Counted from the stretch's first letter, positions 40,269 to 51,490 are shown. The stretch is DNA of 64,000 nt from Candidatus Hermodarchaeota archaeon (GCA_048885925.1 JBHLLG010000003.1:47323-111322), one strand, 5' to 3'. Numbers and translations are program-made. Notes: a model not told the origin generated them from the sequence alone.

Positions 40269-41732
40269 TTAACCATCAAAGCACAATACACCTGGATTTA
40301 AAATATTATTTGGATCAAAAATTCTTTTCACTTTTTTTAAAGCTAGTTGGGTTGAATCTGCGTGTCTTTTATATACTTCTTTAGCCCAAAGCCCATAAGG
40401 TCGATTAAAGAAGGCACCTAAATCCATTAAATTAATACTAGTATTCATAAACTTTTCTTTTACATTTAGATTGTGTTCTTTATCATTTGGATCATAATAA
40501 ATATCAAATTCACAATGATATGACGTTCCTTGATTTATTGGTTGAATATATACACCTAAATTATTTGAGATTTGTTGTTCTACAAATAAAATAAATTCTG
40601 GAATTCTTTCATAATTTGATATGAAAAAAATATCTTGATATCCTCCATACAATCTTAATCTCCAGCAATTATAATCAGGTTGAGTCAAAAATCTTAAGAT
40701 GTCATTATCATTGATATTAAATTTATTCTTTGGCAGTTCAATATTTTTTTCTTTTAGAATATCTTGAATATCTCCTTCGAGATATGAGATTTTATCTCCT
40801 GCTAGTTCACCTTTTCCAGAAATGACAAATATTAAATTCCATTTATCTAATTTTTTAGCTAATTCTAAAATCTCATTTGGTATTTCTTTAACCAAACAAG
40901 CTAAATTAAGATTATTTAGGAGTATTAACTCGTCACATAAACGATACTTTAAAAGTTCATGTTGAAAATCTAACAGTTCAATGATATTTTCTGATTGAAT
41001 ATGATAGACTTTTTGAATAGAAGGTAATAATTCTAATTTAATTGTTGCCCAAGTAACAATTCCAATGCTTCCTTGAGCTCCTTGAATTACTCTAAATGGA
41101 CTGAATTGAGTTGGGCCCATAGGATTTACTTGAGCTTGTCCAGATTTTTTTTGTTGTTTAATACTTCCTGGACCTGCTGCTGAGCCAGTTTTGAATTGTT
41201 CACCATTCCCAAAATACACCTCAGTACATAATAATGGATCAGAAGTATCCCACATATAACGGGGAATTGTAATAGGGTCACGTTCGAGAGCTGCCGTAAG
41301 AACAGATTTTGAAGCTCTTGGGTGTAAAGGAGTTAAAATTTTTAATCCTCTTTTTGAGAGTTGGGGTATTAATTCACCAAAAGTGACTCCCGGTTCAATC
41401 ATTATGACTCTATTTTTCCTGTCTATCACAATAATTTTATCAAATTTAGAGAGATTTAGTATTATTGAATTGTCATTTCGTGAAATAGTATCTCCATGGT
41501 GTCTGGGTCCTGAAGGTGAACTAACAGGAATAATAGAAAATTTCAAAGAATTTGCCAATTTTAAAATTTTTTGAATTTGATCTCGATTTCTTGGCCAAAT
41601 TACATATTTAGGTTCATTACGAGGAAAAAAGCTTAAATCTTCTGAAAATTCTTTAAGTATCTTTGGATCATTTGAAATAGCTTTTAAACCACAAATTTTG
41701 ACTAATTCTTTATAAAGTTGCGCTTCACTCAT
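40269..41732 (-). CDS. FAD-binding oxidoreductase (VAO/GlcD family)
   Basis: PKYVIWP, IEPGVTFGEL, GAQGSIGIVT, KRIFDPNNILNPG. Confidence 0.88.
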   Translation of the reverse strand: MSEAQLYKELVKICGLKAISNDPKILKEFSEDLSFFPRNEPKYVIWPRNRDQIQKILKLANSLKFSIIPVSSPSGPRHHGDTISRNDNSIILNLSKFDKIIVIDRKNRVIMIEPGVTFGELIPQLSKRGLKILTPLHPRASKSVLTAALERDPITIPRYMWDTSDPLLCTEVYFGNGEQFKTGSAAGPGSIKQQKKSGQAQVNPMGPTQFSPFRVIQGAQGSIGIVTWATIKLELLPSIQKVYHIQSENIIELLDFQHELLKYRLCDELILLNNLNLACLVKEIPNEILELAKKLDKWNLIFVISGKGELAGDKISYLEGDIQDILKEKNIELPKNKFNINDNDILRFLTQPDYNCWRLRLYGGYQDIFFISNYERIPEFILFVEQQISNNLGVYIQPINQGTSYHCEFDIYYDPNDKEHNLNVKEKFMNTSINLMDLGAFFNRPYGLWAKEVYKRHADSTQLALKKVKRIFDPNNILNPGVLCFDG

Positions 41733-41880
41733 ATTATTTAAAATTAGAAAGAAATTTCTTTGTTCTTAAAATATTTCCATCTATTAAGATATTTTCATTT
41801 AAAAAAATAAACTTTTAAATAATTCATAAGTACTATTTTACAATTATATTTTCTAAAAGAAATTCTAAAAGGAAATTCAA

Positions 41881-43281
41881 ATGAAATATTATGATTTAAT
41901 AATTGTTGGTGCAGGGCCAGGAGGATCTATTGCAGCAAAAACTGCTGCTGAAAAGGGATTAAAAACAATTTTTTTTGAACGTGGTCGCAAACCAGGTGAA
42001 AAAAATTCTTCTGGATGTGGATTAGGACCGCGTATGTTTAGAGATTTTCCAGAAATGATGAAACAGTTGACTCCTGAAGATTGTCCGTCTATGAGAGCTG
42101 GAACTGCTGCACGTAATTATTTTGTAAACAAGGATGATGTTGTAGCGGGTTATATTATGGCACGCCCTACAGAATCTGTGTCATATGAACCAGCAAAATC
42201 ATGGATTACTATGAATGTTTATAGAAGTGAATTTGATCCTTGGATTGCAGAATTTGCTACAAATGCTGGAGCTGAACTAAAAGCGTCAACTTTAATTGTA
42301 GATTTATACAAGGAAAATGGTAAAGTTCATGGAGTAATTGATGAAAAAGGAGAAAAATACGGATCACCGATTGTTATAGGTGCAGATGGAGTAATATCAA
42401 CAGTAGCACAAAAATCAGGATTAAGAAATAAATGGGCTCAAAATCAAGTCACTTTAGTACCTCAATATGATTTTCAAGCAACTCCAGAAAAAATAAATGA
42501 TATTATGGGTGATGAGGCATTAGCTGTTTGGTGGGGTTCAACTTTTCCATCATCATATCAGGTTTTTTTTAATGATGGTTTTCATCAAGGTTTAGGAAAT
42601 TGGATGAATTGGTGGGATAAAAATCCATTATATTATCTAAATAGAGTTATAAATCTAAAATATTATCAAAGATTGTTGAAAATTCTTAATGCTAAACCTC
42701 GTGAGTTTCAATCTCACTTACTTCCATGGTTAGATTATCCTTTTAATACTCATACTGATGGAGTAATTTTAATTGGTGATGCTGGTGGTTTTCCTTGTCC
42801 TCTTGAAGCGGAAGGAATATATCCTGCAATGGTAACAGGAAATATTGCTGCTGAAGTAGCAGTAGAAGCAATATCATCAGGGGATGTATCAAAACTTGCA
42901 CTAAAAAAATTTGATGAGCAATGGCGAAAAACAAGTGTAGGAGAAGAATTTGAAGCAGGACGTGAATTATGGAATATTTGGAAAGAATTACCTTTTAATC
43001 CAAAAGAAACGATGTCTTGGTTTGTTCCTATGATTATGGAAATTCTAGGTGGAATATTCGATTGGTCTCAACCACATGCTAAAAGAGTACGTCAAATTGT
43101 AAGACATGTTAAATCATATATGCCAAAAGCAACTCCATTTATAATGGCATATGTATTTCCTTTAGTCACTAAGATTTTTGAAAAAGATTTAGATAAAATC
43201 TTAGATCCAAAAAAAATTATGAAAATAATACCCAAGCTCCTTGATATGCTTCCAGAGAAAAAGAAAAAAAGAGGTAATTGA
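41881..43281 (+). CDS. FixC/geranylgeranyl-reductase-family flavoprotein
   Basis: IVGAGPGG, ERGRKPGEKNSSG, IGADG, IGDAGG...EGIYPAM. Confidence 0.85.
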   Translation: MKYYDLIIVGAGPGGSIAAKTAAEKGLKTIFFERGRKPGEKNSSGCGLGPRMFRDFPEMMKQLTPEDCPSMRAGTAARNYFVNKDDVVAGYIMARPTESVSYEPAKSWITMNVYRSEFDPWIAEFATNAGAELKASTLIVDLYKENGKVHGVIDEKGEKYGSPIVIGADGVISTVAQKSGLRNKWAQNQVTLVPQYDFQATPEKINDIMGDEALAVWWGSTFPSSYQVFFNDGFHQGLGNWMNWWDKNPLYYLNRVINLKYYQRLLKILNAKPREFQSHLLPWLDYPFNTHTDGVILIGDAGGFPCPLEAEGIYPAMVTGNIAAEVAVEAISSGDVSKLALKKFDEQWRKTSVGEEFEAGRELWNIWKELPFNPKETMSWFVPMIMEILGGIFDWSQPHAKRVRQIVRHVKSYMPKATPFIMAYVFPLVTKIFEKDLDKILDPKKIMKIIPKLLDMLPEKKKKRGN

Positions 43282-43285
43282 AAAA

Positions 43286-43555
43286 ATGAAGATTGAAATA
43301 GATGGTTTAAACAAAAGAATACCAGGCACAGGAGATTTCATTTCAATAGATTATAATAAATGCAATAACTGTGAACGATGTTTGATTTTATGTGTAATGA
43401 ATTTATGGAGAAAAAAAGACGGGAAAATATATTTACTTGATGAATACAAATCGAAATGTCTAGAATGTGCAGCTTGCTTTCAAGTTTGTGAAACAGGTGC
43501 TATAGAATTTAAATATCCTATTGGTGGAACTGGAATAGTTTTTGAACAAGGATAG
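43286..43555 (+). CDS. FixX-like ferredoxin
   Basis: CNNCERC...C and CLECAACFQVC; FKYPIGGTGIVFEQG FixX-type tail; ATG 43286 lies after the fixC-like stop. Confidence 0.85.
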   Translation: MKIEIDGLNKRIPGTGDFISIDYNKCNNCERCLILCVMNLWRKKDGKIYLLDEYKSKCLECAACFQVCETGAIEFKYPIGGTGIVFEQG

Positions 43556-43579
43556 ATTTAGCAATTTAACACTAAAATG

Positions 43580-44560
43580 TTAAATGTATTTTGCTTGACC
43601 TGATGAGCCTAATACATCTTCATTTCTTTGTTTTATCATCTTTATTAATTCTTGACGGGATAAACCTAAATATTTTCTTGGCTCAATCTGATCAGGATTT
43701 TCTATTAAAAATTTACGAATTATTGCGGTAAAGACTATTCTACTATCTGTTGCAATATTTATTTTGCACACTCCAAATTGAGTTGCTTTTTTTAGTTGAT
43801 ATTCGGGAATTCCGAATGCTTTTTTTAATGAACCACCCTTCTCATTAATTATGTTAACATATTTTTGTGGTATAGACGATGAACCATGTAAAACTATTGG
43901 ATACTTTCCTAAACGCTTTCTAACTTCTTGGAGAATATCGAATCGCAATTCAGGAATATCTTCTTCACTTTTTACATTAAATTTGTATGCACCGTGAGAT
44001 GTTCCAATAGCAATTGCGAGAGAATCACATCCAGTTTGGTTTACAAAATCTTCTACTCGTTCTGGGTTAGTATAATAATGTTTACTTGCTTGTAAACGAT
44101 CTTCAATACCCGCGATGACTCCCAATTCTGCTTCTACACTCACATCATTTTTATGGGCGAAATTAACTATATTTTTTGTAATATCTACATTTTTTTTGTA
44201 ATCTAAGTGGCTTCCGTCAAACATTACACTTGAAAAGCCATTATTTATACAAGATTTTGCTAATTCAAATGAATCTCCATGATCTAAATGTAATGCTATA
44301 GGAATATTATAACCTAAATCTTTCGCCATCGCAACTGCTCCTTCTGCTAAATATCTAATCATTGTTCGATTTGCATATTCTCCAGCAGCTGGACTATTTT
44401 GAAGAACAACAGGGGAATTAGTTTCTCCACAACCAATAATTATTGCTTGTAATTGCTCTAAATTGCTAAAATTGTATCCTGGTATGGCGAATTTCCTTTC
44501 TAAAGCAATTTCAAACATTCTTTTTGTATTAGATAATCCTAATTTTTTAAAAGATACCAT
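43580..44560 (-). CDS. fba: Class II fructose-bisphosphate aldolase
   Basis: ALHLDHG, GFSSVMFDGS, VEAELG, GTSHGAYK, VLHGSS, KINIATD. Confidence 0.93.
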   Translation of the reverse strand: MVSFKKLGLSNTKRMFEIALERKFAIPGYNFSNLEQLQAIIIGCGETNSPVVLQNSPAAGEYANRTMIRYLAEGAVAMAKDLGYNIPIALHLDHGDSFELAKSCINNGFSSVMFDGSHLDYKKNVDITKNIVNFAHKNDVSVEAELGVIAGIEDRLQASKHYYTNPERVEDFVNQTGCDSLAIAIGTSHGAYKFNVKSEEDIPELRFDILQEVRKRLGKYPIVLHGSSSIPQKYVNIINEKGGSLKKAFGIPEYQLKKATQFGVCKINIATDSRIVFTAIIRKFLIENPDQIEPRKYLGLSRQELIKMIKQRNEDVLGSSGQAKYI

Positions 44561-44703
44561 AATTAAAATTGAGAATTTAGTTTATTCTTGATATCACAAT
44601 ATTAGCATAGTAAATAAAGGTGACAAAAATTAAAGATATTTTAATCTAGATAAAAAAGAAAAGTGAAAACCTATTTGAAATATGAAATAAAATAAATGAA
44701 GGT

Positions 44704-45600
44704 TTAGTAAATAGGGATGTTAATATTTAGTTTCTTTTTTAATTCTTTGTATCGTGAGCGAAGAGTTACTTCTGTGACTCCAACTGATTCAACGATTTGT
44801 TGTTGAGTAACTTCATTCTTTTTAATTTTGCAGGCTAAATATAATGCTCCAGCACATAATCCTTTTGGATCTTTTCCACTAATAGTAAATCTTGAACGAT
44901 AAACTTTCAAAATCTTAATTGCTAAGCGTTCAATTTCCGAATCTAAACCTAATTCGGTGATATATCTTGGAATAAGAGACGTTGGATCTGTAGTTGGAGG
45001 CTTTAAATTCATTTCTTTCATTAATATTGAATAGCATCTTCTAACATCTTTAGCATTTACTGATGCTTCACTAATAATTTCTTGAAGGGTTCTTGGAAGT
45101 TTTTTTCTTCTGCAGGCAAGGTATAAACAAGCAGCAACCATAGCATTAATAGATCTTCCTCTTAATAACTTTTTCTTGAAAGCTTCAATATAAAGACGCA
45201 TTGCATCTTCTTTTATGTAATTGGGTAAGTCTAAATTGGTGCTAATTCTTTTTAATTCAGTGGATGCTATTAATAAATTCCTTTTTTGCCATGTAATACG
45301 GGTATTCCATTTAGCAGCTCTCTTTAAATCGGGATTATTTATTTTATTTCTGTCGATAACCGTACTTAATCCCATATCTGGCAATAAAATTGATATTGGA
45401 GCTCCGATTTGTTCTCGATTTGTTTTTTCTAAATTTGTATACGCTCTCCTACCCTTATGTGAAAAATCTACACTTTTCTCATTAATTACTAATCCACATT
45501 GATTGCAAACAACATCTCCAGTATTTATTAATGAAATTATTGAACCCCCACATTCAGGACATACATTTAAAGAAACATTATTTTTTGTATTTATATCCAT
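44704..45600 (-). CDS. tfb: Transcription initiation factor IIB (TFB) paralogue
   Basis: Zn ribbon CPEC...CNQCG; cyclin repeats RGRS and GKDP; VTEVTLRSRYKEL. Confidence 0.93.
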   Translation of the reverse strand: MDINTKNNVSLNVCPECGGSIISLINTGDVVCNQCGLVINEKSVDFSHKGRRAYTNLEKTNREQIGAPISILLPDMGLSTVIDRNKINNPDLKRAAKWNTRITWQKRNLLIASTELKRISTNLDLPNYIKEDAMRLYIEAFKKKLLRGRSINAMVAACLYLACRRKKLPRTLQEIISEASVNAKDVRRCYSILMKEMNLKPPTTDPTSLIPRYITELGLDSEIERLAIKILKVYRSRFTISGKDPKGLCAGALYLACKIKKNEVTQQQIVESVGVTEVTLRSRYKELKKKLNINIPIY

Positions 45601-45686
45601 TTTATTAACCTATTTATCTTAATTTTTTTTGAAATAATAAAACATTTGTAGACCAATTATTGATTCATCATTTTTTGGAATCACTT

Positions 45687-46709
45687 CTACAATCCGGATT
45701 TTTTTAATTTTTCTAATAATTCTCTTTGAGGTTTATCCAATTTCGTTGGAACAGCTATACTAATTTTAACCAATTCGTATCCTCTTTGTTCTGAACCTGT
45801 AACATAGAAACCTTGATTTTTTAATCTTAGGATTGATCCATCTGAGGTTCCAGGGGGTACAGTAACAGTTAAATTTTTATCAATTCCTGGAACTTGAATT
45901 TTTCCACCAAGTACCGCAGTGGTAAAAGGGATTTCTTTCTCAACGTAGATATCAGCTCCATCTAACTTAAATATAGGATGAGGTTTTATATTTACATTGA
46001 TATATAAATCTCCTGATGGACCTCCATTTATCCCAGGCATACCTTTCCCTTTGAGACGTAATTTTTGTTGATCTTTAATTCCTTTTGGAATTTTAACTTT
46101 TAATGTAGTCTGTTGATTTGTTGTTGGATCTTTATATGATATTCTTTTTTCTCCTCCATTAAAGGCTTCCATGAAATCGATTTCCATATCGTATCTTAAA
46201 TCATCACCTTCAACGGGTCTACTTCCAAAGTTAGATGAATTAACTCGTGAGCTTCTTCCAGTTTTTGAAAATACATCAAAAATGTCCCCGAGATCATTAA
46301 AAAAGTCAAATCCTCCAACTCGACGAGAACCTCCATTACCTCTTGATCTTCCAAAATTATTGAAAATGTCATTAAAATTGAAATCTCCAGGAGAATTAGA
46401 TGTTGAATAATAATAGGTTGTACCATCTGGACTTTGATATGCTCTTGAACCTCCAGGTATTCCACCCCAACCTTGGTATGTTGAATGGTCTCCTTCCACT
46501 ACTCCGAATCTGTCGTACGTTTCTCTCTTTTTATCATCACTTAAAATACTATATGCTTCATTTATTTCTTTAAACTTTTCACCTGTTTTAGGTTCATCTG
46601 GATTTACATCTGGATGATATTTCCTAGCCATTTTACGAAACGCTCTTTTTATTTCATCCTTTGATGCTCCTTTTTCAATATCTAATATTTTATAATAATC
46701 TTTTACCAA
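45687..46709 (-). CDS. dnaJ: DnaJ chaperone, class B (no zinc finger)
   Basis: J domain DYY...HPD, G/F-rich linker and C-terminal domains; no CxxCxGxG. Confidence 0.9.
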   Translation of the reverse strand: MVKDYYKILDIEKGASKDEIKRAFRKMARKYHPDVNPDEPKTGEKFKEINEAYSILSDDKKRETYDRFGVVEGDHSTYQGWGGIPGGSRAYQSPDGTTYYYSTSNSPGDFNFNDIFNNFGRSRGNGGSRRVGGFDFFNDLGDIFDVFSKTGRSSRVNSSNFGSRPVEGDDLRYDMEIDFMEAFNGGEKRISYKDPTTNQQTTLKVKIPKGIKDQQKLRLKGKGMPGINGGPSGDLYINVNIKPHPIFKLDGADIYVEKEIPFTTAVLGGKIQVPGIDKNLTVTVPPGTSDGSILRLKNQGFYVTGSEQRGYELVKISIAVPTKLDKPQRELLEKLKKSGL

Positions 46710-46795
46710 ATTTTACAACCTCTTCTTAATAATGGTGAATAATAAATTTATTAATTTGAAAGTAAAAAAAATAAAAAAATTGTAAAAAAATATTT

Positions 46796-48706
46796 TTATT
46801 CATACTCAGCGTCAACTACATCATCTTGACCAGCTGCTTTCCTAAATTTTTCTTGTTCAATTTCATCTTGAGTTTTATTTTGATATCCATAGTTAGCTCC
46901 GGGTGGTACTCCACCCATTCCTCCAGGTGGAGCTCCTTGATAAGCATCTTGATATTGTCCTTGCTGTTTTCCATAAATACGAGATGATACTTCATGTAAA
47001 GATTTCTGTAATACTTCCATCGCTTTGTTAATTTTCTTTACGTCTTCGGATTCCACTGCTCTTCTTAAATCAGATATTTTATCAAGTATCCTAGATTTCA
47101 AATCTCCTATGACAGCCTCATTTTCATTCAATAACTTTTCAGTTTGATAAATTAATGCCTCTGCATGATTTTTAGCTTCAGTCAATTCTTTAAATTTTTT
47201 ATCTTCCTCAGCATATCGCTCAGCTTCTCGGACTTTTTGTTTAATTTCCTCTTCGGGCATCTTAGTAGAGGCAGTAATAGTGATTGATTGGCTTCTTCCA
47301 GTTCCTTTATCCTTTGCTGAAACATTAAGGATTCCATTTTGATCTATATCAAAAGTGACTTCGATCTGTGGCATTCCTCTAGGAGCTGGAGGAATCCCTG
47401 TCAAATGAAACCTTCCTAAGGTTATATTATCAGCTGCTCTTGGTCTCTCTCCCTGTAATACATGAATTTCAACCGCTGGTTGATTGTCAGCTGCAGTTGA
47501 GAAAATTTCAGCCTTTTTAGTTGGAATTGTTGTATTTCTTTCAATTAATTTCGTAAAAACGCCACCTAAAGTTTCAACTCCTAATGAAAGAGGGGTTACA
47601 TCTAACAATAATAAATCTTCAACTTCACCAGTTAATACTCCACCTTGAACAGCCGCTCCCATAGCAACACATTCCATTGGATCAATGCTACGCTCAGGGC
47701 TCTTTCCTAATAAATCTTCGAATTTCTTTTGAACACTTGGCATCCTTGTAGGTCCTCCAACTAAAATAATCTTATCTATTTCTCCTCTAGCTATACCAGC
47801 ATCTTGTAAAGCTTTCAAGATTGAAGTATCCAATTTCTTTAATATGGGGTCAATTAGCTGTTCTAATTTAGCTCTAGATAGTGTCATATTAAGATGTCTA
47901 GGCCCTTCTTTTGTCGCAGTTATATAAGGTAAATTAATGTCAGTTGTTATTGAGGTAGATAATTCAATTTTAGCTTTTTCAGCGGCTTCGCGAACTCTTT
48001 GCATTGCCATAGAATCTCCTCTTAAATCTACACTTTGATCTTTCTTAAATTCTGAAACTATATAGTCAACAAGAATTTTATCCATATCAGTACCACCTAG
48101 CTGGGTATCTCCTGCTGTGGAAATTACTTCAAAGACTTGATTATCCATTTCCATTATAGTAACATCAAAAGTTCCACCACCAAGATCCAATACTGCGATT
48201 TTTAACCTAGCATCTTTCTTATCCAATCCATAAGCTACGGCTGCGGCAGTGGGTTCGTTGATTAAACGTTTCACATTTAATCCCGCGATCCTTCCCGCAT
48301 CCTTAGTAGCTTGTCTTTGATTATCGTTAAAGTAAGCAGGTACAGTAATTATTGCATCAGTGACTTCTTCACCTAAATAGGCACTAGCATCTTCTTTAAT
48401 TTTCCTAAGAAGCATTGCAGAAATTTCTTGAGGAGTGTAATCCTTACTATCAATTTTTACGGTATATGAAGTACCCATTTTTCTTTTTATCGCTGTAATT
48501 GTACGATCTGGATTGGAGATTGCTTGTCTCCTCGCTGGTTCCCCAACTAATCTTTGACCATCCTTTGTAAATGCAATCACAGAAGGAAATGCTTTACCAC
48601 CTAAGGTTAATCCCTCAGCACTTGGAATAATCGTTGGTTTGCCACCAATTAATACAGCTGCCGCTGAGTTTGACGTTCCTAAGTCAATTCCTATTATTTT
48701 TCCCAT
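46796..48706 (-). CDS. dnaK: Hsp70 chaperone DnaK
   Basis: [44 protein letters not shown]. Confidence 0.97.
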   Translation of the reverse strand: MGKIIGIDLGTSNSAAAVLIGGKPTIIPSAEGLTLGGKAFPSVIAFTKDGQRLVGEPARRQAISNPDRTITAIKRKMGTSYTVKIDSKDYTPQEISAMLLRKIKEDASAYLGEEVTDAIITVPAYFNDNQRQATKDAGRIAGLNVKRLINEPTAAAVAYGLDKKDARLKIAVLDLGGGTFDVTIMEMDNQVFEVISTAGDTQLGGTDMDKILVDYIVSEFKKDQSVDLRGDSMAMQRVREAAEKAKIELSTSITTDINLPYITATKEGPRHLNMTLSRAKLEQLIDPILKKLDTSILKALQDAGIARGEIDKIILVGGPTRMPSVQKKFEDLLGKSPERSIDPMECVAMGAAVQGGVLTGEVEDLLLLDVTPLSLGVETLGGVFTKLIERNTTIPTKKAEIFSTAADNQPAVEIHVLQGERPRAADNITLGRFHLTGIPPAPRGMPQIEVTFDIDQNGILNVSAKDKGTGRSQSITITASTKMPEEEIKQKVREAERYAEEDKKFKELTEAKNHAEALIYQTEKLLNENEAVIGDLKSRILDKISDLRRAVESEDVKKINKAMEVLQKSLHEVSSRIYGKQQGQYQDAYQGAPPGGMGGVPPGANYGYQNKTQDEIEQEKFRKAAGQDDVVDAEYE

Positions 48707-48762
48707 AGTTAATCACTCCATAATTTTTTTTTTTATTTTAATTTAATATTAATAACTTTTTT

Positions 48763-49467
48763 CTAATTTTCATTTAAATTTGTTAATTTTGATTTCTTTG
48801 AGATTTTGACCTTCGCAGGTCTTAAAACCTTATCTTTTATATAATAACCTTTAGTAATTTCTTCTAAAATCGTATTCTCTGGGAGATCTTCTCGACCTTC
48901 CTCAACAAGTACCGCTTCATGTTTATAGGGATCAAATTTCTGACCTTCTGAATTCATTGGTTTTACTCCTTCTTCTTCTAGGATTTTATCAAATTTTTTC
49001 ACGATTATTTCAAATCCGTTCTTAATGCCATCCATATTCTCAATCATCTTTATTATATTCAATGCTCTATCTAAATCATCCTTATGATCAATCAATTTTC
49101 TTAATATACCTTCTAAAAGGTACGATTTATACTTATCATTCTCTTGTTCTGAACGCTTTTTATAATTCTCAAAATCTGCACGCACCCTTAGCAATGAATT
49201 TAAATATTTTTCTTTTTCTTCCATCAATTCCTTAAATTTTCGTCCATCTTCCTTCATATCATCAAGTTCCTTGAGTAATTGATCATTTCGTGTCTTAACT
49301 TTTTTATGCTCCTCCATTAATGCTTCATATTTCTCAACTTTAGCCCTAAGTGATTCATAATTTTTTTTCGAAATTGAAATCTGGTTTGACCCTCTAGGCT
49401 GTAAACTACGTTCGTTAATAAACCTGTCAAAATAATCTTCAAATACCATATCTTTTAAATCTCCCAT
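48763..49467 (-). CDS. grpE: Nucleotide exchange factor GrpE
   Basis: RADFENYKKR, FDPYKHEA, KGY...VLRPAKV. Confidence 0.93.
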   Translation of the reverse strand: MGDLKDMVFEDYFDRFINERSLQPRGSNQISISKKNYESLRAKVEKYEALMEEHKKVKTRNDQLLKELDDMKEDGRKFKELMEEKEKYLNSLLRVRADFENYKKRSEQENDKYKSYLLEGILRKLIDHKDDLDRALNIIKMIENMDGIKNGFEIIVKKFDKILEEEGVKPMNSEGQKFDPYKHEAVLVEEGREDLPENTILEEITKGYYIKDKVLRPAKVKISKKSKLTNLNEN

Positions 49468-49541
49468 CTCTTTTTTTTAATTACATGTCATTATTTTATT
49501 TTTGAGTTTTAAATCCCATTTTTTAAATAATAACTTGTGAT

Positions 49542-49610
49542 TGTCAATGGCTGATTGACATCAACATCTTAATATATATGTATTAATTGACATATTTAAA
49601 GATTATGTTT
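49542..49610 (-). promoter_or_regulatory. Candidate operator of the grpE-dnaK-dnaJ operon
   Basis: Palindrome TGTCAAT-N5-ATTGACA at 49542-49560; a third half-site at 49596-49602 abuts the minus-strand TATA (TTTAAATA, 49603-49610). Confidence 0.55.
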
Positions 49611-49741
49611 TTATATAATAAATGAAAATAATGAGGAATAAGTAAATTAAACTGTTAGTATAAAATTTTTTAAATAAATTGAAGATATAGTAAAACAAGG
49701 TTAAAATTTATCTAAAAATTTAAGATGAGGAATTTTTCAAT

Positions 49742-50398
49742 ATGAAGAAAAAGATTTCGATTCCAATTTTAATATTGGGTGTTGCATTACTAATAATAGC
49801 ACCAATTTTAGGTTATACTATGAATAAAGTGGTATTGTACGAGAGAAAGCCTGTTACAATTAATGAGGATAGCGAAGATAGTTTACAGGAAGCATTTGCT
49901 TATCCATTTTCAATAAAAAAAGATCAAAAGGTAACCGTAGAATTTTCAGTTTATTATGCCAATGTTACAGCTACTTTAAAAATTTTTGGTAAAGGATTTT
50001 TTGATCAACAGTTTGCTTTAAATAGTACTCCTCCCGATTTACTTACAGGTCAGAATTTTATATATTCTCAATTTGTGTGGGGTCAAGAGCCTTATTTTTA
50101 CACTTTTTCATCTAATGAAGTATCAATTACATATAATGGATATTGGTATATAGAATTTGGGGGAGGTACAAGTGGAGATTATCTTATTTCAATACCCGGA
50201 TCTTATGTTGTAGTTGTCTATGGTGATAATGATGGTCCTATAGCAGAATCTGAAGTGAAATTTAATATAGTAATAAAAATAGATGGTCCTGGTGATTTAT
50301 TAGAAGAAATATTTTATTATCTTGGAACCGGTGTATTAGTTGCTCTAGTTCTATTTATATCTTATGGTTATTACAAAAAATTCAAAGGAGGCAGATAA
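49742..50398 (+). CDS. Membrane-anchored protein with extracytoplasmic beta-rich domain
   Basis: N-terminal signal/TM segment and C-terminal TM followed by a basic tail. Confidence 0.7.
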   Translation: MKKKISIPILILGVALLIIAPILGYTMNKVVLYERKPVTINEDSEDSLQEAFAYPFSIKKDQKVTVEFSVYYANVTATLKIFGKGFFDQQFALNSTPPDLLTGQNFIYSQFVWGQEPYFYTFSSNEVSITYNGYWYIEFGGGTSGDYLISIPGSYVVVVYGDNDGPIAESEVKFNIVIKIDGPGDLLEEIFYYLGTGVLVALVLFISYGYYKKFKGGR

Positions 50399-50400
50399 TA

Positions 50401-50865
50401 ATGGGAGAAGAAAGAAGTTTTTTTGACAGATTACCATTACTAGATAAGAATAAAGCTACAAAATTCATTATTTATGGATTATTAGCTGCAATAATATTTG
50501 GATTAATGATGATGATAAGCCGTTCAATTGCTCAAAATGCAGGTACTTGGTATAACATAGCATATCAAGAGAATCAAATGAATTATTGGAATGGAGTTTA
50601 CGGTTATAATGATTATATCCAGAAATTGGAAGAAATTGAAAAAACAATGTATTGGATGCAATTTCAGGATGTTATCTTTATGAATATTGCAAGAGTTGGT
50701 GTAAATATCTCATTATTTTTCATACTTATTGGATTTTTAAGTTTTGCTGTAAATGATAAAATTGATGAAAAAACACGCAGAATATTCTTAATAATTGCTG
50801 GGTTAATTCTTTTTGTAATAATGTTCACAACGCTTTTCTCTTCCATTAGTATTTCCGTTTCATAA
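50401..50865 (+). CDS. Hypothetical membrane protein (3 TM)
   Basis: Starts 2 nt after the previous gene; RBS GGAGG; hydrophobic segments. Confidence 0.7.
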   Translation: MGEERSFFDRLPLLDKNKATKFIIYGLLAAIIFGLMMMISRSIAQNAGTWYNIAYQENQMNYWNGVYGYNDYIQKLEEIEKTMYWMQFQDVIFMNIARVGVNISLFFILIGFLSFAVNDKIDEKTRRIFLIIAGLILFVIMFTTLFSSISISVS

Positions 50866-50959
50866 TTTTAAATACTTTTTTTTCCTTTTTATTATAATAA
50901 GAAAAACAAACTCTATAGAATATATCAAATCAATTATAAAATAGAGAATTGTTGCCCCA

Positions 50960-51418
50960 ATGAAAGAGAAAGTATGGTACATTCGCACATACATTCAAAA
51001 GTTTGAATATCTTAAAGATGATATTGTAAATCACTTAAATTTGTTAGATGATTTTGATGATTCAACTAAAAAGTTATGGATTGCAGATGTCAAGGAATTG
51101 TATTATAACATCATTCCTGCTTGGGAATTTCTAATACATTCCAAAAAAATAGAGAATAAAAGTATAAATAATTCTAAAACATTCTTATATATCGCACGAA
51201 ATGGTTTATCTAAAGTCATTAGTGAGCTGAATATATTAAAAGTTCATAATTTTTTGAAAAAATATCATACCCATGAAGGATTAGATGCTTACTGCCCTGA
51301 ATATAATAAAATATATTGTTGGGAGCATTACAATGCCAGAGAAGAATTTGATGATGGATTTTACGATTATACCTATGGAGAATGTCCAGAGGGACATAAA
51401 AGAATGATTGATGATTAA
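50960..51418 (+). CDS. Hypothetical protein, possibly chimeric (helical N-part plus Cys/His C-part)
   Basis: C-terminal YCPEYNKIYCWEHY...CPEGHKRMIDD. Confidence 0.55.
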   Translation: MKEKVWYIRTYIQKFEYLKDDIVNHLNLLDDFDDSTKKLWIADVKELYYNIIPAWEFLIHSKKIENKSINNSKTFLYIARNGLSKVISELNILKVHNFLKKYHTHEGLDAYCPEYNKIYCWEHYNAREEFDDGFYDYTYGECPEGHKRMIDD

Positions 51419-51490
51419 ATTAATAGTAAATTTAAAAATTTTATATAAATTACTTAATTTAAATTTTAAAATGATTAAAAAGAGTTTAAA

